Of a DNA stretch of 64,000 nucleotides, positions 11,447 to 21,511 are shown one piece after another. Numbering within the stretch: position 1 is the first letter of the stretch; the number at the start of each line of letters is the position of its first letter. Source of the stretch: Chara braunii (Eukaryota; Plantae; Charophyceae); the NCBI GenBank assembly GCA_003427395.1, contig BFEA01000013.1, positions 6,745,038 to 6,809,037 on the forward strand, given 5' to 3'. A program made the translations under genes and the position numbers. The notes beneath the pieces are model-generated. The model ran no database searches, had not been told where the DNA came from, and worked only from the letters and a program-made list of their open reading frames with translations.

Positions 11447-12190
11447 TCATTCCACCCTTTGACGCACCCCAAACACCCTTTGGTATCGGTAGTCCCGTCC
11501 GCCCTCACGGTCTCTCTCCGACTCAAGAGAGATCCTCTCCCTGATCTGATCTGCCCTAACCCNGTACAGGANAGGGTTGTCCATGCAATAGGAATAGAAC
11601 TAGTGGAGCGAGCGAAAGGACAGGCCCCTCCTTCTCTCCCGCCTAGAAGACCTCACTACTTTTTCGTACGCGCCCCCTTCTCCANACACCCTCCTGAAGA
11701 CGTAAGAAGGGAAGATAGCCTGGACGCAACCCGCGGCTCGAGGATATTCCTCGTCCCGGGCGGAAGTCACCCGCAAGCAGAACGATAGACTATGCTGAAG
11801 GGGCACCTCCTCCAAGATCCGCCTCAGGATAGGTTCCGCGCGTAACTCCCAGTGGTCCNCCCGATACCACCCTAAGGGCCAGTGGGTGACGTACTCGACC
11901 CACNCCTCCCGACTTAGATAGACCGTGCCCTCAGCACGAACCGCCGCTCGCCGGGCCTTCCCCCNGTTCCTAGGTCTATTCCTAGTTTACCGATATCCTT
12001 CCCAAATGCCTACGGCGAATCGTGCCCAAAGAAAGACTCCCTTCTCAAGTTCCACCCCTCTCTCACGCCCCGCTAGGTATCTCTCCGTCCNATGATCCAA
12101 GGGGACACTAAAGCATTCTCGTTCTTTGAGAAGGTCTACCTTCTCGATCTTCACTCTGCCGTCTTCTCCGGCTTCTACAATCCTAACCAT
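11447..12190 (-). pseudogene. Accessory ORF beta-1 (247 codons, two premature stops)
   Basis: Track ORFs 12190-11987 and 11815-11600 share one frame, which ends QRVE* at 11447; GVFLWARF, EGTVYLSRExW, EEYPR...FPSYVFRR...KVVR...LH*FYSYC. Confidence 0.65.
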
Positions 12191-12554
12191 GCCCCTTCCG
12201 ACTTTGCACCACCTTCTTAATGACTCCTATCNATACCTTCCACCCGTCGCACCCGTCGAGATAGGCCTCCGGTATGATCGGGGCGGGCCTCTCACCTCGT
12301 CGGAAAGTACGGTAACCTAGAGTATAGAAATACCGGGTCTCGTAGGCCCCCAGAAGTTCCTTTTCTAGCCGCGCGAGGCCAACAACCTCCTCCCAACTAC
12401 TAAGAAACCCTTCTCCCAACGTCCCCTCTTCAACGTAGAGGGCGATGTCCCAATCTCCGGTCCATAGGAAGAACTTGTAGCACCACACGTCTACTCCCCC
12501 ACAGTCACCCACGCTGATGCCTCCTGGCTCAAATTCTAAAACCCGTACGCTCAT
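12183..12554 (-). CDS. Accessory ORF alpha-3 (123 aa)
   Basis: MSVRVLEFEPGG...VDVWCYKFFLWTGDWDIALYVEEG...YFYTLGYRTFRRGERPAPIIPEAYLDGCDGW; paralogue of alpha-1 and alpha-2. Confidence 0.75.
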   Translation of the reverse strand: MSVRVLEFEPGGISVGDCGGVDVWCYKFFLWTGDWDIALYVEEGTLGEGFLSSWEEVVGLARLEKELLGAYETRYFYTLGYRTFRRGERPAPIIPEAYLDGCDGWKVXIGVIKKVVQSRKGHG

Positions 12555-12914
12555 ATGTTCTTTACTATCTCCTCTATAATCGATACTAACACTCTCCACC
12601 CGTCTGACCCATCCAGATATGCTTCCGGTACAACCGGGGCGGGTTGCTCCCCTCGTCGGAAGACTCGGCACCCCAGCGTATAGAAATATTTGATCCCATA
12701 CCCTCCAACAAAACCCCCTCTCTAGCTGCGCATGGGCAACCGCTTCCTCCCAACTGTTTAGGAAGGCTTCTCCTTGGTCAGTCCCTTCTTTTACGTAAAG
12801 TGCTATATCGAAGTCCCCAGTCCACAGGTAAAAATTGTAGCACCACACATTTACACCCCCACGGCTTCCCCCGCTAATGCCTGCTGGTTCAAACTCCAGA
12901 ACCTCTAAGCTCAT
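12551..12914 (-). pseudogene. Accessory ORF alpha-2 (~120 aa, 1-nt frameshift)
   Basis: MSLEVLEFEPAG...LWTGDFDIALYVKEG; after the frameshift FYTLG...RRGEQPAPVVPEAYLDGSDGWRVLVSIIEEIVKNI*. Confidence 0.72.
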
Positions 12915-13264
12915 AGGCGCCCCACTATTTCTTCTATAATCTTGACTAATACTCTCCACCCATCGGACCCGTCGAGATAGGTGTCCGGAATCACCGGCGC
13001 AGGCCGACCGCCCCTAGGATAAGTTCGGTACCCTAAGGAGTAGAAGTAACTGAATCTGTACCCTCGCAGCTCACCTCTAGCCCCACGGGAGTCGTTGACC
13101 GCCGCCCCCCATCCGCGGAGGAAATTCTCTCCCTGGTCTCGCCCCTCTTCTACATAGATAGTCACATCAAAGTCTCCCGTCCACAGGCGGAAGGTATTGG
13201 ACCACACGTCGACCCACCCATAGCTTCTTACGCTAATCCATTCTGGGACTGCTGCTAGGCTCAT
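12911..13264 (-). CDS. Accessory ORF alpha-1 (117 aa)
   Basis: VDVWSNTFRLWTGDFDVTIYVEEG...YFYSLGYRTYPRGGRPAPVIPDTYLDGSDGWRVLV. Confidence 0.75.
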   Translation of the reverse strand: MSLAAVPEWISVRSYGWVDVWSNTFRLWTGDFDVTIYVEEGRDQGENFLRGWGAAVNDSRGARGELRGYRFSYFYSLGYRTYPRGGRPAPVIPDTYLDGSDGWRVLVKIIEEIVGRL

Positions 13265-13881
13265 TCACCCTAATCAACGAGATATAATTTTAGTCCTCCT
13301 TCACTATTTGGCCACTCGAGAGACCACCCCTACCCTGCAAGAAGAAGGTGTCTGTGAGCCCAGCAGGATCAAATGGACCAGAGAAGGAACGCCGTCTCAC
13401 TCGGCTACCTTCCTGTCCTCTTCCGCTGAGAGGTCCTTCCACTTCCAGGTATAAGGACTAGCTGCGAACACAGGTTATCCCCGAAGAAGGGTGACAACCC
13501 CTCCTCCGGAGTCGGACTGAAGTCACACACCCGTGCCCTACGTCCCCCACCAAACCGACCCCTAGTCCTAGTTAGCCTATCCGGTACCACGCCTCTACTC
13601 GGCCCACCTCAAGCGTGGAATTATCCGGGTCCCCGGACTCGATCCACCTATCGATCAGATATCACTAGCCTGTTTACTCCCTCCCGTTCTCCTTCTCGCA
13701 TCGCGAACCCTTCTCACTTCGATCCCTTCCTTCTTTTCGCCACCGGCTGACTCTTTTCTCTCTTAGAATCAAAGAATTAGATCGGGGTATCCGAAAAAAA
13801 AAGGGTGGGTAAGCAGAGATTTAGGAAGAGTCTCTCAGGTCAGGCAGATATATATACGCACCTGGTGGTTCTTGAGCCCTT

Positions 13882-14457
13882 TCAATATTCGTTTTCGTAG
13901 TCCCAATAATCCCCTAGGTCCGAGTCCGAGAAATCGGCGAGGCACCGGTCTACCCAAGACCCGTCCTCCGACCCCTCGTCCAAGGTACCCCACGTATCCC
14001 TAACCTCTTCTTCCCGAGGTAGTTCCNTATCCCCCTCGTTCANAACGNCACTTGAGGTTTCCTCGCCCNNTAGTCCCGGAGCCCGAAGCACCACTCTCCT
14101 TACCCCCAAGTCCCGAACGGTCTCCGCTTGAGAACTCCGCTCCCNAGGGGGANGCATGTCTCTCGCGGGCCCCGCACACAACCCTCGCGGGTCGAGAACC
14201 GAGAACCCAAAACCTTCCCGCGGAACCCTTTCCGGTGCGGAAGTTGTNCCTCGTGCGGGTGCCCTCCACAGTCCGTGCGGGTCGAGGATGTTTGGCGACC
14301 CCCTTGGATCCCAAATTGATAACGCTCTCAGATCCTCCCGAGTCCCCCTTTCCTCTCTCACCCTTGAGTCCACTCTCTCTCCCCCGTGTGCGGACCCTAT
14401 CACACTATTTTCCCTCATGGCTCTTCTTACCGCCCTTTGGTTGCTTTTCACCCTCAT
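13882..14457 (-). CDS. Possible leader ORF0 of element A (191 aa, acidic C-terminus)
   Basis: First long ATG ORF after the PBS on the element's sense strand; no recognisable domain. Confidence 0.3.
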   Translation of the reverse strand: MRVKSNQRAVRRAMRENSVIGSAHGGERVDSRVREERGTREDLRALSIWDPRGSPNILDPHGLWRAPARXTTSAPERVPREGFGFSVLDPRGLCAGPARDMXPPXERSSQAETVRDLGVRRVVLRAPGLXGEETSSXVXNEGDXELPREEEVRDTWGTLDEGSEDGSWVDRCLADFSDSDLGDYWDYENEY

Positions 14458-14936
14458 TCAAACCCCCACAAGCAAACTGTTTAGCCCNCTTAGTCCGTTG
14501 ATTTTTGGAATAAACACTTNAAAAACATCACATTCCCNAGCAAAGACTGACCTGAATCATCTTGGAGCAGCAGGGCCGAAATCGCAAGCGGGGCCGGAGC
14601 GGACCTGCAAAAATCGAGAATTCCCGACACCCACAAGCCCTTTGCACCCAACAAGCCCGACACCCCTATCCCCATACCGAAACAAGGCCCCAATAGAACC
14701 CGCACCCCGATATCAATCAGAAACCCGAATGCCGCCAAGGAAAATAAGTCGTTGTGAACTGCTACGTAGGCCCGTGAAAAAAGACCCGAAGAAGTGCCCA
14801 TACCGAAAAACCCGATGCCGGAAAGCCGAACTCTTGACGCCNAAACTCCGAAGAAAGTCCTGNCACTACCTGTCACGTCGGTTCTCCTTCACCCGTAGTC
14901 CTCGAGCTGGTNGAGGCCGTCGGAGAAANCCTCCCA

Positions 14937-14950
14937 CNGNAACGGCGCNA
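14937..14950 (-). promoter_or_regulatory. Primer binding site, tRNA-Asp type
   Basis: TNGCGCCGTTNCNG, 3 nt after the LTR end GCCGACA. All called bases match TGGCGCCGTTGCCG, the complement of the plant tRNA-Asp 3' end. Confidence 0.8.
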
Positions 14951-14953
14951 CTT

Positions 14954-17167
14954 TGTCGGCTTGTCCTTCCCCCTGTTCCCCCGGTCTCGGATACCTGGGC
15001 CTCCAGGGGTCAGGGGCTTGTCTCTTTTCGACTCACTTTCCCGACCACCGCCTGATCCGCCTAGACTGCTTTTGGCAGCCCCTGAGCTCCCCTTCGTCAT
15101 GCCCCTTCTATGCACTTGCCCCGTCCCGGAACCGCGGCCCCGGTCGGACGTGAAAACCGCTTTCGAAACTCGAGTGGCTCTATCGGTTTGATCCCAGGCT
15201 TCGAGGGGCCGGAGTAACTTTCAGATCACAGGCCCCCCCCTTCGCTAGGCAGGCTAGTTCCTGCCCTGCAAGTCAGGTCACGCACAGACTGTTCNCGGAG
15301 TCTTCAGATTGAGATATCCAGACAACGAACAACCTGTTTCCGGGACNTCCGTCCAGGANTGACTTTCGGATTGCGAGAAGGACGNCCTCCTGGACTTCGG
15401 GTTTGGGCTGAAAGATAGATCGCAAACAGGCCAACTCCGGGGCTTTAGATTAGGACTGCCATTCCAGTCTGCGAGCAGATTGATTNCGGAACCCCAGAAT
15501 AAGTCCAATGCTCAGAGGGCGAACTAATGGAGCCCTCGACCAGGTAAGTATTCAAATNGTGGACAGACCNATCCCGGGTCTTCGGATCGGGACAGACCTT
15601 CTAGTTGCCAACTGTTTTGCCCCGAATTTCAGAATAAGACCGGTGCACATACNGAGTTGGGAATTTCAGATCAGGGATTGCATTCTAATAGCAGACAGAC
15701 TGGCTNCGNAACTTAGGAACGGGACCAACGCTCAGAAAGCGAATAGGTTGATTTCGAAACTTCAGAACAAGGNCAGNGCTCAGAGAGCGGATAGATTGAT
15801 TACGGAGCTTCTGAACAANACCTTGCGAACAGATTGACTCTGGAACTTTGGAACAGGACCTATTCTCAAAGAGCGAACAGATTGTCTCTGGAACTTCAGA
15901 ACATGGCCAACGCTCAGGGAGCAAACTGATTAATCCTGGAANCTTAGAACCAGACCAACTCTCAAAGANCGAACAGACNTACCCCCGAATTTCAGAATAA
16001 GACTTATGCACATAGCGAGAACAGACGGAGTCGGGAATTTCAGATCGGTGCTTGCATACTAATAGCAGACAGACTGACTCCGGAGCTCCGGGTTGGGACT
16101 GACATTCAAGTTGCGAACAAATCGACTCCAGAACTTAGGAACGAGACCAACGCTCAGAGAGCGAATGGGTTGATTCCGAAAATTCAGAACAAGACCAGCG
16201 CTCAAAGAGCGAATAGATTGACTCCAGAACTTCTGAACAAGACCAACGCTCCAGGAGCAAACAGATTGATTCCAGAACTCCAGAACAAGACCTTTGCGAA
16301 AAGATTGACTCTGGAACTTTGGAACATGACCAACTCTCAGAGAACGAACAAACTTTCTCCCGTATTTCAGAATAAGACCTATACACACAGCGAGATCAGA
16401 CAGAGTCGGGAATTTCAGTAGGCCAAGAGCGACTAGCACCTCCCCACTCGACAACTCTCTCCTTCGTCTCCCCGCATGGTCTTCTTCCACACCCTTTCCC
16501 TTTCTACCTTCCTGCCCCTCCCTCTCTCTCTCTCTCTCTCCGTGAGGGAGTTTTGACCAAGAACTTCGAAGGATGCGACTCCTAGTTTAGCCCGTCGAAG
16601 TTAGAGCGAGATAATACCCCACGACGACGCACAACCCCAAACCAAAGTAACGAGGTCGCCCAAACGAAGGCTTGGATTATAATGAAGTCGCCCAAACGAG
16701 GTTAGCTCGAGAGAAAGGGCCGCTGTAGAGGCGGCTTAATAGGTGAAGCGCAAGCGAAGTGACACCGCGAGGCGACAAAGGGGCTCAATTGTAGCGGCTC
16801 GAAAGGAGAAGCCCGCGCGAGGAAAAGCCTCGGCTTGGCCGGCTTAGTTCACGCGCGGAGTTGCCCCCTGGCCCGACCGAGGTGCCCGTTTGAGGAACCG
16901 CAGCCGAAGTGAAAGCTGCTGCGAACAAGCCGACTCGGTCAAGGGAGCACTGCGAAGCTCTTACCCGGCACAAGGGGCGTACCCGACCCCCCCTTTTTTA
17001 TCTTTCTCTCCCTCTCTTCCTCGCCCTTACTCTCTCTCGAGCTTTCTCGTACTGACGGCTTCTCTTCCCCCTCCCTCTCCGCTCTCTCTCCTTCTCTAGT
17101 CGCCTATGGCCGCGCTTCACCATCACTCCACATCTCCCCTTTCCCCTCTCTCATAGATTATGGTCGC
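14954..17167 (-). repeat. 3' portion of the element A 5' LTR
   Basis: Ends ...CCGACA, the inverse of the LTR start TGTCGG, and is followed by the PBS. Its GA-rich start continues the GA-rich LTR portion ending at ~23513. Confidence 0.7.
15300..16420. repeat. Degenerate tandem repeat array inside the element A LTR (~45-50 bp units, ~370 bp higher-order period)
   Basis: Recurring CAGAACAAGACCAACGCTCAGAGAGCGAATAGATTGACTCC-like unit; ATTTCAGAATAAGAC block recurs near 15625, 15990 and 16365. Confidence 0.8.
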
Positions 17168-17290
17168 CCAGTACTATAACGTCTCCTAGTGCGTGAACTT
17201 TTCCTAATCGAAATGCGACGTTTGGAAAAATGACAAACGTCGCATTTCGATTAGGAAAAGTTCACGCACTAGGAGACGTTATAGTACTGG
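17168..17290. repeat. Perfect 57-bp inverted repeat with 9-nt loop (fold-back inversion junction)
   Basis: 17168-17224 is the exact reverse complement of 17234-17290; loop GAAAAATGA. Confidence 0.95.
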
Positions 17291-19620
17291 ATTTGAACAC
17301 ATATGATGTCCTTCTGGGATTACCATCCCTCACAGCATTGCAGGCGAACCTGGATTTCGAGAGGCGATCCGTCATCCTTCGAAACACGGGCGGAAACGAT
17401 GCGGCTGACTCTTCGGACCATGCCGTCCTTGACTCAGAAACCCCCGACTGGAATCAGAGGACCCCTCCGAGTGATCATCTGGAAAGAACCAATCCACGAA
17501 TCGGATCAAAGAGGAAAGGAATTAAAACTAACGAGTGACTCTAACAGTGGAGACGAAGCCGATCCTGTGATACACGAGATGGTTCAACCGCTGATTCATT
17601 ACCATGTCCGATAGAAGACCACGAAAACGTTCGTCCTTACGGAAAGAAATCTACAACGAACACGTGCGTTAATCTTATGGGAACCACTCGTACAAATATC
17701 ACGGATGCTCGACTCTTTGAAACCCCATCGGACCCTATACAAAGCCACTGCTCCGCTTCACTCGAGATATAAAGACAAGGGAGCCTTTTGTGACATCTCA
17801 GGGCTACCTCGTTCCTTGCTGTCTTCCGGAAAGGAGGTGCGATTACTACGGTAGGGGGCCGAAGGCGAAGCTTTGGAACCCCTTGGACGCGACGACTCTA
17901 CACTCTATGAGCTCGGAATCAAAATCGTCGAGAAACCAGTATGCTGGCAGGATATCAGCGATGGCGTGACCCCGGAAGAATACGTGGCCATCCGAGAGGA
18001 GGATGCTCAAATGGTCGCCACCATGTTTTCCTGGCGGACAGACAACTCCTTCATCTCTGGCCCCCCTTTGGAGAGCAGCCCCAGAGTAGCCACGAAGCAC
18101 GTGACGGTTACCATACATGGACAACCCTACGAGCTACATGTGCCTCAGTTTGTACCCAATGAAACTCATCGATTGATTGCGGATATTCTGACCGAATACC
18201 AAGGGAGAATCAGTGTGACAGATACGGATATCGGATTGTCCTTAGTCATTCAACACAAAATTCAGACCGGAACGCACCCGCCGATCCACTGTAACCATAC
18301 CGATGTTCTCTCGCGGAACGAAAAGTGGCATTGCAAAGAATCAGAGAATTTGAGGCTAACGGATGGATCGAACCGGCAACCGGACCCTGGTCGTTTCCCA
18401 TGGTCTTAGTCCCGAAGAAAAATGGGTCGATTCGCATTTGCATTGATTACAGGAAGCTGAATGATATCACGATTAAGGATATGTACCCCCTTCCCCGGAT
18501 TGATGATCTATTGGATGCGATTGGGTGTGCTAAGTATTTTAGTAAGTTTGATATTTGTCATGGATTTCATCATATTCTGGTCAAGGAGGAGGATCGACCG
18601 AAAACGGCCTTTGTGTTATTCGAGGGCACTTGGTAGTGGGTCCGTTGCCCGATGGGAATCTGCAATGCGCCAACTACTTTTCAAAGAGCGATGAACGTCA
18701 CATTTCAAAATTTAGTCAACAAGACTAGACTAACTCAGGGCATGGTTAATTTCTGCATCATTGTGTACATGGACGACATCCTGGTCTACTCGGAATCATT
18801 CCACGGGCATGCACAACATGTTGAATGGACACTTTGGGCGTTGAAGGATGTTGGCTTCAAAATTGCGTTGGAGAAAAGTGAGTTTTTCCTTTCGGAAATC
18901 TCGTCCTTGGGGTACGTGGTGACCCAGTGAGGCTTACGAACGGATTCGAGAAAGGTCGCGGTCATTCGGGATGCCCCTACACCGACGACGTTGACACAAG
19001 TCCGGGCCTTGTTGGGACTGGCCTCGTACTATCGTTGATTTATCAAGGGTTTTGCAGCAATCACCTGGCCTCTGACGAATCTTATTCGGAAGGACCAACC
19101 GTTGAGTTGGGATGCCAAGTGTGAACGGCCCTTTGTCACCTTAAAGGAGGCTTTGGCCACGACACCTATTTTGATTCGGCCTGATCCAGGGAAGCAGTTC
19201 ATACTCATTACGGGCTGGCAGCCTTAAGCAATCTCTGCTATTTTGGCTCAGAAGGGGAAAGACGAACTCAAACACGTCATCGAGTACACTTCGCGAAGGG
19301 TACCGGACGACAGAAGAAACGATTCGGCTCCTCAGGGAGAGTGCTACGCGGTTGTATGGGGGATTCAACACCTCCATCCGTATTTGTACGGATAAAAGTT
19401 CCTCCTCGTTACGGATCATGAGCCCCTGCTGGCTCTCAAGAGGCTTACCAACTACACGGACATGATTGGACAATGGACTGTGCGACTGCAAGAATACGAT
19501 TTCGATATCGTCCACCGGAAGACAGAGAAGCACGGCAACGCCGACGGACTTACACGATTGTATCGGCCTAGCAGGGTGGTCAAGGGTGAAGAGATCACAC
19601 CGTGGAAGGAACCGTTGTAG
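17222..19620 (+). pseudogene. pol: Element B2 pol fragment (protease C-half, spacer, RT, RNase H); no integrase follows
   Basis: YDVLLGLP, VPKKNGSIRICIDYRKLND, YPLPRIDDLL, IVYMDDILVY, RH motifs ECYAVVWG / VTDHEPL; collinear with B1 from ~39880 to 43930. Confidence 0.93.
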
Positions 19621-21511
19621 AGCCAAACCCCGGTAGACTTTCGAGCCTCGGTCGACCCCACTACGGGTCCCATTTGGCTCGGCCCGCCCACGCTCACGCT
19701 CAGGGCACGACCCGTTCGTCCCAGGGTCACCCCCACCTAGTGCTTTGAGATGGATGGGGGTGGGCCATTGCGCGAGAGAGGTTTGACATTGGGGATGAAG
19801 CTCAGCCCTCACGCCGGGTGGCAGTCTCGCTGGTCATTTCGCAGACGCTGATTTTTTTTTTTCTTGGTCGTGTTCTCAAGCAAATGCTCCTTCCAATACA
19901 CAGGCACTCCAGGGGTTTTTTGTGAGTTCTTCTTTTGTGCGCAGGCTAAGCGTCATCCTTAGGCCACGCACCATTTCCCTAAGCACAACAATCTTATGGC
20001 GTCATCGAGGTGTGGCAATGTCGTTCTCCCCCTCGCCTCTACGCACTCCTTGTGCCCCACACATTCCATCCGTCGTCATTAGAACAAAGCCCTTTAGTCC
20101 TTTCGGGGCCTTCACACGCATGCACGGGTTACTTCACATTTCAATCAACAAAAGTCTCTTTCCTTTCTTTCATTCACGTTCCAAGTCTCATGCACAAAGG
20201 TCTTTTCCAGGCTTCCACGAGTCGATTTTACACCAAGGGTTTCGTAAACCCCGTTGTCGGTGCGAATACCCTTACAAGGGTATCCGCCCTGTGTTTTTGC
20301 AAAACACCAGAAAATAACTTAAAGTTTGGTTTAAAAATTGAAGTATTGCGCGCAAGGGCGTGGCCACGTCTGTGATTTACGTTGGCTGGATGGTTGACCG
20401 GAGTAGAGAGTGTGTATGTGCACAAGCTTAAGGCGCGCCTGATCTCTTTTGTTTTTTATGGTTGTGAAATCCAACGTTGGTCGCCGGCCAGGCTTTTATT
20501 TTTTTGATTAAGCTAGGGTTAAAAACAAATTGTCTCCTGATTGGTGCGCTTGGCTGTGACTTGTGCGTACGTGCGGAGGACGGCATCGACGACATCGTGA
20601 CTTTGAAGACGTTTAGGTAGGTCTGCGTGTCGCGCAGTACCGATTCTCTTGAGGTGTTCGTCAAGGCTAGGCTCAACCTTGAGTCAACACTATTGGTTAC
20701 AACATCAGACTTTCGCCAGAGAGATTCAGGGATTGAGACTGAGTGGCAACGACGCAGGAATATCAGAGTAGTGCGAGGAGACCGAGCGGTCGAGGGTCCG
20801 ACGGGGCTATCCTCCTTGGTTTTGCCATCGGCAGCGTCATAATGGTACTAGCGGCCTCTTTTTCCTCGTTCGTCATATTCTGACGATTAAAGGTTTCTAA
20901 ATACTTTTATTATTTATTGTTGTATTATTATTATTTTGCTCCGGTACGCCTTGACTCAGGCGCGACGAAGGAGTCGGAGGTCGTCGTGACAGTTGAGGAC
21001 TTTGAGCGTGCGCCTCCGTTGTTGATCTACGGGTACCCGTTGTCGGACCAAATACCCTTACAAGGGTATTTGGCTATAATTTTACAATCGGCGGGTCAAC
21101 TGTGCCGACCGCCTTGAAGGACTAGTTTGAGCCTAGAGTGTCGTATGAGCACGACCATCACTTTGGCCTGTGCCGCGATGGTTAGGATCGACATTGATAC
21201 CCTTCGACCAGAGGGGTTGAGGAGTCGATTTGGTTATTGTCATGATAAGGTACATCTAAGATACGTAGGTGGCGGCCTTGCTCGGCCGCAGAAACTCGGC
21301 ACGGCAACATTCGCTTGGTACAGTGCCACCCCTCCGCCGCCTGGGAATTCGTTCCCTACGGCGATTCTCTACGACGCCACATTAGGTAAGTACCGGCCCT
21401 TTGGACCTTCCAGGCAGACAAAGGGGCTTACGGGTCACACACACTCAACCAGCGAGCTCCCCGACAGCCATACAACCCAGCGGACATGCACACTCACAGA
21501 CTAAGACACGG

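Larger units (their letters stand above)
1..17167 (-). mobile_element. Element A: giant Ty3/gypsy LTR retrotransposon, degenerate. It runs off the left window edge; the first part of its 5' LTR is inverted at 21512-~23513
   Basis: On minus, in order: LTR end ...GCCGACA (14954), PBS, accessory ORF array, gag with CCHC, PR-RT-RH-IN, G-rich tract, then an LTR starting TGTTGGGCGG at 922. Confidence 0.92.
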
